From positions 3,698 through 67,697 of the forward strand of contig MQRK01214219.1 of the NCBI GenBank assembly GCA_001938485.1: a DNA stretch of 64,000 nucleotides. Direction: 5' to 3'. Both the position numbers and the translations under genes were made by a program. This stretch comes from Girardia tigrina. Taxonomy: Eukaryota. Below the pieces are notes generated by a model. The model saw only the letters and a list, made by a program, of their open reading frames with translations. It was not told where the DNA came from and made no database searches. Position 1 is the stretch's first letter. Each line of letters opens with the position of its first letter. This document shows, in pieces, positions 50,900-62,882 of this stretch.

Positions 50900-52531
50900 C
50901 TTAGGCTGTCCCAAAAGTCCTCAGGTGGCCTTTAAAAACACACTAATATTTTACCAAATTTAACCAAATTTGGACTGAATATTATTCAGACTGTCATAAA
51001 TACTGTGTTAAAATTTCAAATCATAAAATTAAAAAAAGTAAAATTTTGTTTTATTAAAGTATTGAAATTTTCAAAGTGCAGCGAATTCAAATCAAGCGGT
51101 TTTTAACAATGGAACCAAATAAATGTTGCCAACGTTTTTTTGTTCTAACTCAAAGTAAAAGAGGAATCTCTGCGTGAGAAATTCTTCAGCAACTTCAGCA
51201 GGCATGGGAAGACGTAAATCACCCAGCACTGAAAACTAGTCAACAATGGTTGACTGATTTTAAAAAAGAAAAGCGGACGTCCTTCGACGATTCATCAAGA
51301 AGTGACAGGCCGTCATTAATAGACAATGAAAAGATTAAAGCAGTCAAAGAAGTGATTGATGAAGCTCCAAATGCGTCTTTGCGTTATATTGAAAATGAAC
51401 TTTCTTTAGGCAAAAATACAGTCCANNNNNNNNNNNNNNNNNNNNNNNNNNNNNNNNNNNNNNNNNNNNNNNNNNATGAAAAGATTAAAGCAGTCAAAGA
51501 AGTGATTGATGAAGCTCCAAATGCGTCTTTGCGTTATATTGAAAATGAACTTTCTTTAGGCAAAAATACAGTCCACAAAATTTTGCGTGAAAAAACTTCA
51601 TTACAAAAAAGTTTGCTCTGTTTGGGTCCCTCACGAACTTTCTGCTGCTAATAAACAACAACGCATTAACACTGCAAAGCATATACGCCATGTAATTTCA
51701 CAGATGGGTGATGAAGCATATTCCAACATANNNATCGAGGATGAGACATGGGTCTTTTTCCAAGGTAGAGGAAAGAAAGAAGATCACAAAGTTTGGATTC
51801 CTTCTAATGCTGTTCCACCAAAAGTGATAAAGCCATCGCCAATGACTGATAAAAAAATCTCTTGTTTTCGTAACCTTTACCTGAAACAAATGTTTTAATG
51901 TAAAAGCACTGTCATATGGTACCAAGATTGATTCCGAGGCGTATGTTAACTTTGTTCATGACACCGGTGAAAAATGGCGGAAACTTAGATCTAACAGCAT
52001 CAAGCTAAAGGAACTTAAGTGGAGGCATTAATAGAGGCATTCTAGCAAAGAAACAACTCTTTTTTTGAAAGAAGAAAAATTGAAAAAAATTATCAATCGC
52101 CCTATAGTCCAGATTTTAATCTGTGTGAAAGATTCTTGTTTTCAAAAATAAAAAAAAGTTTTAAAAATCATGTTTTCAAATCACATGAATAAATTGAAGA
52201 ACCTTGTAAATTCTTTATCAACAGAAACATTAAAAAATCAACTAGATAAACTTTTTAACTATTGTCAGTTGGTTATTGACAACAATGGTTAATATGTTGT
52301 TGCTTAAGAAATTTTTTAAATATTTTTTTAAATAAATTTTAAAAAAAGCTGCATTTAATTTTTTTGTTGGTTAATAATATTATTTTTTTGGTAAGTTTCA
52401 AATTTTATGCTTTGAAATTTTAACACAGTATTTATGACAGTCTGAATAATATTCAGTCCAAATTCGGTTAAATTTGGTAAAATATTAGTGTGTTTTTAAA
52501 GGCCACCTGAGGACTTTTTGGACAGCCTAAG
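50900..52531 (+). mobile_element. mariner-like element with ~130-bp TIRs and decayed transposase (51109-~52307)
   Basis: TA TSD; TIRs cttaggctgtcc...tttcaaa with only 3 mismatches by eye; motifs WVPHEL, EDETW and SPYSPDFNLC. Confidence 0.9.
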
Positions 52532-52845
52532 TATTATCATAAAATATATTTTTAAATGGCGTGTATTTGTTTTAAATAAATAGTATTATACATTTTTTGT
52601 GGATTAATAAAACTTGAAAAACGGTTTTTAATATCGACAACGTGGAAGATGTTCCAAAAACATCTAACATATATAAAAAATATTTAAAAATCAAACTGGA
52701 AAAATCTTAACGAAGTACTTAAAATAATGAAGAGATTGAGAAACATAAATAAAGCCCATTTATCAATTAAAGATAGATTTCATACAATTAAAGCCAAGGA
52801 AGACCAAAGTTTAATGTAACAAAATCTGTTTTAATATTAAACATA

Positions 52846-55800
52846 CCGTGCTACTCCAAATACTTTTCGCGCGCCAACTAAACGAATCGTTAATTGCGCG
52901 CGCAAATTATTTGGCTCTTTTAGATTAAATTATTAATTTTCTCATATAAACAAAATAAAATAGTAAAAATTGAAAATAAAATTAATTATATCATTTTTAT
53001 TTAAATTAATTTCATTATAAATCTATACGCGTGAAAATTAATTCTGAGATTGTTGATTCAGTTTTGTAATTAATTGGCTCAACTAAATTGTTTGAATAAT
53101 ATAGTTTTTTTGTAAATCGAAAAAATCATCTTATTTTACAAGCTATCGCGGCAATGATAGTAATCAGTAATTTGAAGAAATTTGATGGTGGGGAGGACGT
53201 CGAACGTTGAATCGACAGATTCGAGTTTGCCATCGAGGTAGACGGGCTAATGGCAAAAGAAGTCTCATGCTTGGTCATGCTGTTGGATGTGTCGGTATGC
53301 GACACATGGAAGGGATTATCGCTGGATCAACAAAGGAATGCCAATGAAATCAAAAGTGAATTGCGCCGAGTGTTTGGTTTGGGAAGATTTAACACATGGC
53401 TGTTGCTTGATCAAAAGAGGATTCTCCCGGGTGACAGATTGGACGTGTCGGCGGCCGAGATTAATCAGCTGATGCGGACCGTTGTTGGGGACCAGGATTC
53501 GATCGATGTGTTTTGTGCAATGACATTTATTCACAGTTTACCGGATCAATTATAGAAAGAGGTGCAGCCAAGATTGGACGTCGAATTCACGTTCAAGAGT
53601 GTGGTGAACTTAGCCAAAATGATATAGCCTCATCAACATCATCAAGAAGTGATTGCGGCGACCAACAGTAAAGTTCGATGTATTAGTTATAATCGACTTG
53701 GACACACGCAGAAGACGTGTAGGGTTAAATGCTTTAAATGCGGAGAAGTCGGCCATATAAAACTAACTGTAACATGTCGGGAAACGACAGAGGGGAGAAG
53801 GTCATGGGTCCAGCCTCTCCCCAGTAAATTGTGTAGGACCAAATGTCACAGTAAGATGGGGTGGTGGTGTAACTACCTGCAACTATCAACACGGGGAGTA
53901 GTGTCACTCTTTTTAGAAGAAGTTGCACAAAGTCAAGAATCGAAGGAGTTAGAAACAAGAGCATTGTGGCGGTTGACGGTAGTCAGGTAAATATCCTCGG
54001 TAAAGTACATCTACATGAGATTTTATTTTGTGGTATGAACCTGGGGCCTGTTGGAGCAATTGTTGTTGAAAGGCTGCCTGCAGGTGTCGACATCATATTG
54101 GGAAACAATGTTATTCTGAAACGTGGACTGACAATACGGGTAGACGGTGATGATGTTTGTATAAAACTTGGCAGTAATGGAGCAAAATGGAGCAAAATGG
54201 AGCAGTAATGGAGCAAAATCGCAAGCTATTACTGCAGCAACTGGAGTAAAAAGTGGAAGACATTTGCAGATAAAATAGGATGATTTTGAAGCTCAATTTG
54301 ACGTAAGGTATTGGAGCACACGATGAAGATTTGTTGATGATCATCCGGTTGAACGGAATGGCTTAGACAAAGATGTCAGGGTGCTTGGACTGAATGTACA
54401 AAGCAATTTCCAGTGGAGAAGATATCAAGATCTCGTAACTAGGGAGCTTGAGAAAGCAACGAGGAGAGAAGTACATGGAATTTTAGGGGAGTGAATAGGC
54501 CATGTCCCAGTTGCAGGATGGTTACGGGTTGCTTGTGCCTATATTCAGAGATTAACCGCAAAACACAAGATAGGCCGGGATGAATTAGTGTCAAAAGACA
54601 TCATAGAGAAAGTTAATGAAATCTGTCAAAGGCTGAGGATGGATGGAGATCCAGCATCATGCAAGTGGGTGGTAAATTGCAATAATAATGTTGTCATTTG
54701 GACAGATGCAAGTAGTATAGCAATGGGCGTACTACTGTGCGTTAAGGGTAATATCATTGAAGACACTGCTGGTTAAGGAAAGAAGGCGATATAAGCCATA
54801 TTAATATGAGTGAACTGGATGCGGCAATAAGGGACTAAACTTGGCAATAACCTAGGGCTTTCATAAGTTCAAGCTGATGACGGAATCAGCAACAGTGTAT
54901 GATTGGCTCATGGCAGTATTCAAGAATACACACAACCCAAAAACCCGCACGTTATCTGAACATTTGGTGCGGTGAAGACTCGATATCACGAGAGAGTTGA
55001 AAGATCATGAAAAACTGAAAGTGGAACTGGAATTGGTGAAATCTCAATTGAATATGACAGATTGTTTGACCAGGGTTCCAAAACAATGGCTAAACAAGAA
55101 AGTGGAAGTAAACGCCATTGAAGTAAATCAGTATCCAAGTGTTGATGAGAACAAGAAAATTCATGATATCTGTCACTTTAAAGTCTACAGGACGAGTGAA
55201 CTGTTGAAGGCAAAATATGTGTCTAATGTAATAAAGTCGGATCAAGTTAAGGAAGCTATCATGAAGTGTGTTGTGTGTTCAAAGATCTGTCCAGCCCCAC
55301 GAATTGAGTATCGACATGGGCAATTGTCAACTGACAAGGTATGGTACCAACTTTATAGCGATGTGACTTATTTCAACGATGTCGCGTATCTGACCATAGT
55401 GGATTCAGTGACAAGATTTTTATTTGGAGAAAGTTGCGCAGTGAATCCGCCGAGGAAATAGGTTGGCATATAGATAGCGTATGCTCTGAATTTGGACCGC
55501 CGAAACGTTTCTTTTCCGACAATGCGGCTGTCTACCGAAGTGCCCCAGTGAAACGGTTACTGGATAAATAGAGAATCGAGCAAGGGTTCACCGCAGCCTA
55601 TCGGCATCAAGGGAATGGGATGGGCGAGAGAAATCACCGCACCATTAAGACAATGGTGGCGAGATCTGCAAAGTCGATCAGCGAATGCGCGTTTTGCTAC
55701 AACAGTACGACGGGTCACCGGGATGCGGGGCCCTATGAATTGATGTTCCATGCCAAGTTTCGACTGCCAATAATTCGAGATGAGCGTTAGGTTGAATGCA

Positions 55801-56613
55801 AATTCATCTCGGAATGCATTTTGAATGATGAGTATGATGCTATGATGAAAAACCCGTTCAGCATTGATGAGAATGTTTATTTGAGAATCGACAGGAAATG
55901 CACTGAACCATAGGCGGGGTCGCATGTAATTACATCGTTGAAGTCAGTAGTTGGGGTGGAGCTGGATGATGATGGAATCACTAGACATATATCCCATATC
56001 AGATATTAGTGGATTCCGATGATCGCATTTCAGACAGTGAAGACGAAATGAGTGAACTGACAACGCAAGAGGTAGCTATAGATTCTGCTAAACGACCGGT
56101 GCAAGAACAGAAACCCCCTCAGTATCTGGACGATTATGTGATTTGATCTGGAGATCATGGGGACTGTAATTAATTGGATCATCTAATTTGTTTGATTAAT
56201 AGTTTTTTTGTAAATCGAAAAAATCATCTTATTTTACAAGTTTTATGCAAAATTAACATAAAGATAATTAGAAGAATTATTAATAAAATTTATTTTAATT
56301 TTAGTATATAAAAAATGCCAGCAGCTAAGAATTATAGAAAAATTACTATTATACGAAAAGTATTTATAATAAACCAAGTTGATGGTACGAAATCAATTCA
56401 TTCTATCACAAAGGAAAATGATATTCCGGAGTCAAATATTAAGAGTTGGTTAAAGCAAGAAGATAAATTAAATAGATTATTAAAAGAAAATGCAGTTTAA
56501 ATACATTCTCAAAATAGATTATTTGGTGGCAGTAAACACCCAAAATTTGATAATTTGGAATAAAAAAATTTTGATTACGTAGTTGAAAATAATAATAATA
56601 GAATCTGTGTTAA

Positions 56614-56647
<34 letters not shown>

Positions 56648-58263
56648 GCCAAAGCTTTGCGATTCAAAAATGAATTTGTAAAAACTATTGGTGAATCATT
56701 AGATAATTGTAATGACGATGAATTAAAGGAAGACATATTTAAGTTACTAAACGAATTACTTAAATTTAAAGCTTCACCAGAAAGTGCTTTCGTTTCGAAA
56801 ATCGACACAATCGGGTTAAATGTGGGTAAACAACGATGAACAGATGCCCGAAAAAAATTGTAGAGATTTCCACCAGTTTTATTGGATAATGTCAATTAAT
56901 TATTAAAAAACAAAATATTTTACCAGAAAATTTTTTAAAATTTCGATCAAGTACCAATATATTTTGAACATGAGCCTACAACAACAATTGCAGTAAGAGG
57001 AACAAAAGATATTCTCCACAGAAATACTTAAAAAATCAAAAAAGTTTACATGTACCCCAACTATAAATTCTCAAGAAAAGATTCTTTTCTAACATGTATT
57101 ATTTCCTAAATTAAAGAATGAACCCAATGTTTCTTCAGGTTTCACAATTGAAGAAAATGCAACTGATATGTTGAATGAGACGATATGAAAAAGATTTTTT
57201 AATTAATGTATATTAAGAAGACCTCAAGCATGTCTTTTACGTCAACCAACATTAATAATTTTTATAGTTATACAGTACATGAGAAATTTGTAAAGCAATA
57301 CGCACAATTCATGAAGAAAGTTGTAATATTTTTTACTGTTGATTTCACCAATAATGATTGGTATGTTTCAACCTTTAGATGTTGAAGTTAATATAAGTCT
57401 TCAAGTTTATTATAACAATAAGTATAATAATTGCAATGGTCAAGCAATAAATAATCAAAAAATGAAGACAAAAGCTGGAAATATAAAAATGCTTTCCTAT
57501 ATAGAAATAGCTAATTGGATTGAAGAATGATCAAAATCAAAATCTGATTCAGATATTATAAATACATTTTTTGTTTGTGGGTTAGTGAAGATTTTGATAT
57601 TGATGATATAAGTATTATATATGAACCATTAAGAGAATGTTGGAATACAGATTTTGATAAATTAGCATGGAATAAAAAATATAAAAATTCTATGAATAAA
57701 ATGGAACGACAAAATTTCTTCAATGAAAATAATTATGAATGGATTACAAAATCTCTTTGGATGACTGTATGAAAAATTCTCCATATTGATGACCAATTAT
57801 TTAATGATTGGAAAGAAGAAATTAAACATCAATTTACTTCTTTTGTTGAAGATTCAAAGGTAAAAGTCTGAATTGTATGAGGAATATGAGCAATCATTAG
57901 TAGAAAAAGAAAGTTTGAAAATGAAATATAAATCTTGAAATTTGGAGAATATTTTGCTGAAAAATATTGAGAACTCATTTATTTAATCATCTGATATTTA
58001 TGGACATTGTGTCATTTTTTCTCGAAATTTAAATAAATTTTTGTACTCAATACTTTCTTTTTACTTAGTATTTATTTTTTTAATAAGGATAGAGAAATGG
58101 ATATCATAAATTGTTTCTATATTGAAACGTTTTTTTACTAACTTTTGATTTTATTTTTTGAATCTAAATAATTTGCTTGTGCAAACTTTTCACTTAATTT
58201 TATAATTGACATTTTCTTAAAATTTGGTTAGTTTGCGAGCGCAAACTATTCGGGTTAACACTG
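52846..58263 (+). mobile_element. Old pogo/Tigger-type transposon (transposase ~56315-57850) interrupted by an LTR element
   Basis: Diverged TIRs TA|ccgtgctactccaaatac...ctattcgggttaacactg|TA; CENP-B-like HTH (IPESNIKSWLKQ); DDE_1 motifs NFDQVPIYF and FQPLDV. Confidence 0.75.
53065..56238 (+). mobile_element. Gypsy-type LTR retrotransposon with 76/74-bp LTRs and RT core deleted
   Basis: LTRs at 53065-53140 and 56165-56238 (TG...CA); 5-bp TSD agttt; gag (KFDGGEDVE, CFKCGEVGH), protease remnant, RNase H WTDASSIAMG, integrase (LYSDVTY, FSDNAA, GNGMGERNHRTIK); purine-rich tract before the 3' LTR. Confidence 0.92.
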
Positions 58264-59891
58264 TAGTCGTGAAGTTAAGTAAAACTTCTACAGTAATAGT
58301 TTTAGTAAAATTACTAATATAATACAATTCAAAAAAAGCTGAATGCAAACAGGAATTACGAAATTATTATGAAAATGTAAATATATATGTAAAATCCATC
58401 TACATCAAAAACAGAAAGAGTTAATTTACTTTTTTAGTCCAATAAAGTCGTCATATAGCTCGAAGTTATTTATAATTTTTTTAATAATATTTTTTATAAT
58501 TTTGTTTTGATCCATCGTATGTCTATACTCCCATTATGTCTTTGTCAGTCGAGCAGCGATTGTCATGTTATGAATATCAAAAACATTGTTTTCAACACTT
58601 TAATTTTAACCAGTAATTAATAAATATTATACATCTGTTAAATTAAAGTGAATAAACGGGGTAAAACTAAATTCACAGGTTGTTCTTTGTCAACTAAACA
58701 TTATTTTTTTGTTATTTTTTGAAGTTACATTGGTTGTTCAAATGGACAAAAACAGATAAATAATTGAACTCTAAATCACCATCTATTTATTGTAATTTAC
58801 TCGTGTGAGTAAACTATAGTTTCAAATAAAATCTTCTAAAAGGTTCTCTTTTTACTATTCTTATTCTATATAAGCTTACTAATTCTATATAATCTTAAAA
58901 CTCTAAATAACTAACTAATATTATGCATTTTATTGTCGAATCGCACAACTTTTTTTCAGACAAATGTGGATTAATTACTCATCCTTAATCAACCTTTCCA
59001 TTAGCTTTTATAGCTTTTTATTTTTTTAATAAAATAACTAAAATTAAAATTTTATTTGGTTATCAGAATTACGTTTAATGAAATTATATATTGAAACAAA
59101 AATAAAATAATAGTTTTATTAATGAATTCTAATTCTATTAATTTACTGACTAACAAATTTATGGATAGACAAGATAATAAAATATAATGGCAGAAAGAGA
59201 TTTCAATAGTTTTACGAGACATTAGCTCAATTAATGATCTGATTCCGAAATTATTTAGTGAAATAAGACTGTAGAAAAAATTTCCAGTGAGTCTTAAATA
59301 AAGAATTGTGAAGGGATCTGGTTGGAGTATGTTGCACCATTCTAAAAATAATTACTTCTCTTTATAAAAATGAATAAATTGAATAATTGGTGGTATCAAT
59401 TCCAAATATACAAAATCTCGAATATTTCAAATACAATTGAATCGTTTCTACATTTAAAGGTAATTTACAATTATTATAGAATAATACAATATTCAATAGT
59501 AATAGTCATTTATAGTTGCTATCAACTATAAATGATTCTTCTACCATCTAACTCCTCTCCTGTCGCAAATATTTCAGATCCTGTGATGCTTAACAATTGC
59601 TATCCCAGTTCACTTCAGTCATATATCAGTATTATACAATAGAATAATCTTAATCAAATTTTTAGATATTGTTTAAGTTGTTTAAATATTATAATAATTA
59701 AATTAACCAACATTTTTGGTTTTCCATTAATAAATTAAACAAAAACAAAACAAGCATTATTTTCAAGAAAAGTGTTAGCTAATCCCAAGATTAATTTTAA
59801 GTGATACCCAATGATAAACTATTTAACATGCTGTGATTATAAGGGAAATGGGACAAATTAAGTTAACGTGATTGATATATTCTATTTTTAA

Positions 59892-61015
59892 CACTAGAAT
59901 GACAGGACCGGTCATTTTGACTGGTATGCTATACATTTGTGTCTGCATTGTGAAAATCGTGAGTAGTTTAAAGCTGCTATCTTATGATAATTGTTTATTT
60001 TTGCGGATTTACTTTCCTTCTTAAAATTTAGGCATCGGGGTAATATTTTAAGTATATCCAACAACAACAGAACCGGTAATATTGAGAAGTAAGCAATGAA
60101 TAGACTAGGAAAATCAAATATATTTTTTAAAACATGATCAGCAGTTATTTACGTGAAAAAGACTTTAAACTAGTCCCAATTATGTCAGAGTGCTTTTCGC
60201 TTCAACTAAGTAGTCCTCAGTAGAGTATTAAATACAGTGGCGTTTAAATTAGTCAAAAATTCAGTCCTATTACACTACCTCACTATTCCACTTTTCAGTA
60301 CAAATAATAAACTTATTACAAAAAAGCATTTTATATCATTCTTAACCCACTTAAATAATTGAAAGACATTGACTTTATTCAACATTTAATTCTTTTGTGC
60401 AAAGCAAATGATGTGTTTAAGTAATATTATTTTAAAACATTTTTTCCGCATATAATTTCATACTTTTTATGAAACTATAAATTAAAAATCCACTTTGATA
60501 CATTTGTAACAAATAAACAACTAAAACAAACATTATTTAAATGTATTTCATTATATTTGTTTATCACTGTATTTAAAATTAACGATTAATTAAATAAAGG
60601 AGTTAACTGAAACTGATGTTTGAGTGAACTCTTAACGGAAATAAATAGATAAATAAAAATATAAAAAATAAATTTTAAATAAATTATATTATCTAACAAT
60701 ATAAATGACTAACTTAAACAATGTTTTATGTAGTGTTTGATGTTATATCTGTTCTGATCGTCAAACGAGATTGAAAGAAAAGGGTATTGGAAATTGTTGT
60801 GGAACAGGAAATCAACGGTTGATTTTGTTTGTTTTGCTTCTGATATTTCCAGTTTTTTTCTCTGTAAATTGTCGATGATATATTTCCAAATATTTTGGTT
60901 TGTTTGATTACTAATTATTGTCAAAAATGACAAACCCTCAATGTTATGAAATTGTTTGGAATTCATTTTTGCCATTGATTGATTTTTTTACAATCACTTC
61001 TAATATTTATATACA

Positions 61016-61058
<43 letters not shown>

Positions 61059-61454
61059 NNNNNNNNNNNNNNNNNNNNNNNNNNNNNNNNNNNNNNNNNN
61101 NNNNNNNNNNNNNNNNNNNNNNNNNNNNNNNNNNNNNNNNNNNNNNNNNNNNNNNNNNNNNNNNNNNNNNNNNNNAAATAAAAAACAAATTTATAAAATG
61201 TATTACGTTTTTAAGACATGATTATGTAACATAGAATAAGAGTTCAGTAATATTTTCTATAATTTATATCTAAACGTGATTGTGAAGGCGAAACAGATAA
61301 TGAAGCAACTGTAACCCTACTTTTGGCCCACCCTGTATATATATATAATTTATAATATAAATAAAAATAAGTAGTAGGGCACTACAAATTATACGACCGG
61401 TCAAAGTGACCGCTTTCGCCATTAAATGTATAGAATTTTATCGTTGTACTAGTG
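59892..61454. mobile_element. Probable non-autonomous piggyBac-like element
   Basis: TTAA|cactag...ctagtg|ATAA (one mismatch) with subterminal accggtca....gacc palindromes at both ends. It spans an N gap, so the two ends may not belong to one copy. Confidence 0.5.
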
Positions 61455-62011
61455 ATAATGAATTGATAATTTTTTGAAACGGAGATTTATATAAAGAAGT
61501 TTTATTTTTCACAAGACACATTATCTTCTACATTTCTGGCTCTTTTAATAAATAAATTTTGTTTCCATCATTTCTTTTAAATCTCCAATAAAAACAAAAT
61601 TATTTAACGATTTTTCCGAGTATATTAACAATACGCAATGCTAATATTATTATTCTAATCATTATAAAAAAATTTAATTATCAGAAGAATTAGTTTTAAC
61701 TCAGTAATGGTAGATCTCAATAACTTTAGAATTGAAAATTAAAATTGTTTTATTTATACTCAATCTAATATAGTGTTCATTAACGATTTCCTGGTACTGG
61801 TTAAATTAAAAAAATAGTTCTGATTATAAATGGGTTGATGAGAACAATGATACATTTTGTTTAGATTTTAGAAAAAACAATTAAAAGCAATGTATTTTTG
61901 TTTATTTCTTTATTATACACAGTTGTCTAAAAGAAGAGTAAACTATTTTATTTATAAATCTTATCGGATTGGTAGTATGATTGGGACTTAAAGGTTTGTC
62001 TATGTTATAAT

Positions 62012-62324
62012 TAGGGTACGGAATTTAATGACCTTAAAAATCAAAAAAATGACTCTATTTTATTTCCTCTCTTTCCGGGTGAGATATTATTTTGTTCGTC
62101 CCCTCTGCCAATAGAGTCGCCACCGTCACCAATCCGCCGCAGTCACACCACTGCGCCACCCACTCTGTTATCAATGATTATTATTATTATTATTATTATT
62201 AATATTGGTGACGGTTGCGACTCTATTGGCAGAGGGGAGGATCAAAATAATATCTCAGCCGAAATGAGAGGAAATAAAATAGAGTCATTTTTTGATTTTT
62301 AAGGTCATTAAATTTCATGCCCTA
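62012..62324. mobile_element. hAT MITE with ~120-bp TIRs
   Basis: TAGGG...CCCTA termini; perfect 8-bp TSD gttataat (62004-62011 and 62325-62332); internal (att)n. Confidence 0.92.
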
Positions 62325-62516
62325 GTTATAATTAAACTCTATTTAAGAGTCACTGTCAAAATCTTCGCTAAGATATTCAGTTCCAAGATTAATTGTTTTA
62401 AATTAATAGACAATATAATTTATGTTATTTATTGTGTGCTAAGAACGGTAAATTCGGTAAAAGCACTCGAGAAGGCAACCAATATGCTAAAATGAAATTT
62501 TCGTTTATTTTACATG

Positions 62517-62561
<45 letters not shown>

Positions 62562-62624
62562 CTGATTATTCATTAAAATATCAATTGAATTTTTTTTTAT
62601 TATAAAAACTTTTCTTTTCTTAAG

Positions 62625-62693
62625 CAATCGAAAGAAACGTCCAGACTAGTCGAAACGATAATGGTAAAAAATCTTCTGCAAGAGATTTGTAAA
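62625..62693 (+). CDS. NF1: Neurofibromin exon 4 (QSKETSRLVETIMVKNLLQEICK)
   Basis: Pyrimidine tract plus taag acceptor; aligns with QPKDTMRLDETMLVKQLLPEICH; phase 0 with exon 3; donor gttcgc. Confidence 0.93.
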
Positions 62694-62760
62694 GTTCGCA
62701 GTCTTGTAATCAATGTAAAATTGATTGAATTTTCAACTAACCTAATCGAATTATATTTAG

Positions 62761-62882
62761 TTCATGAATTTAACGAATGAAAATTCCAAGCTTAATAACC
62801 AATTATTATCCAGCACAGCTCGAGTTTTATTCGCACTTTCCAGTAATTATTTTACGACTGTCTTCAACAGAATCTCGAATAG
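62761..62882 (+). CDS. NF1: Neurofibromin exon 5 (FMNLTNENSKLNNQLLSSTARVLFALSSNYFTTVFNRISN-R); the gene continues beyond the window
   Basis: Acceptor tttag with an upstream ctaac branch-like site; aligns with FLHTCREGNQHAAELRNSASGVLFSLSCNNFNAVFSRISTR; phase-2 donor gttggt. Confidence 0.93.

Noticed and set aside
51326-51575. Apparent 100-bp tandem duplication inside the mariner transposase
   Set aside because: Identical copies on each side of an N gap are typical of unmerged contig overlap, so this is probably an assembly artefact.
59160-59420. GSGW motif suggesting a Polinton-associated DNA polymerase B fragment
   Set aside because: Only a four-residue motif in a stop-riddled frame; not enough to support a call.
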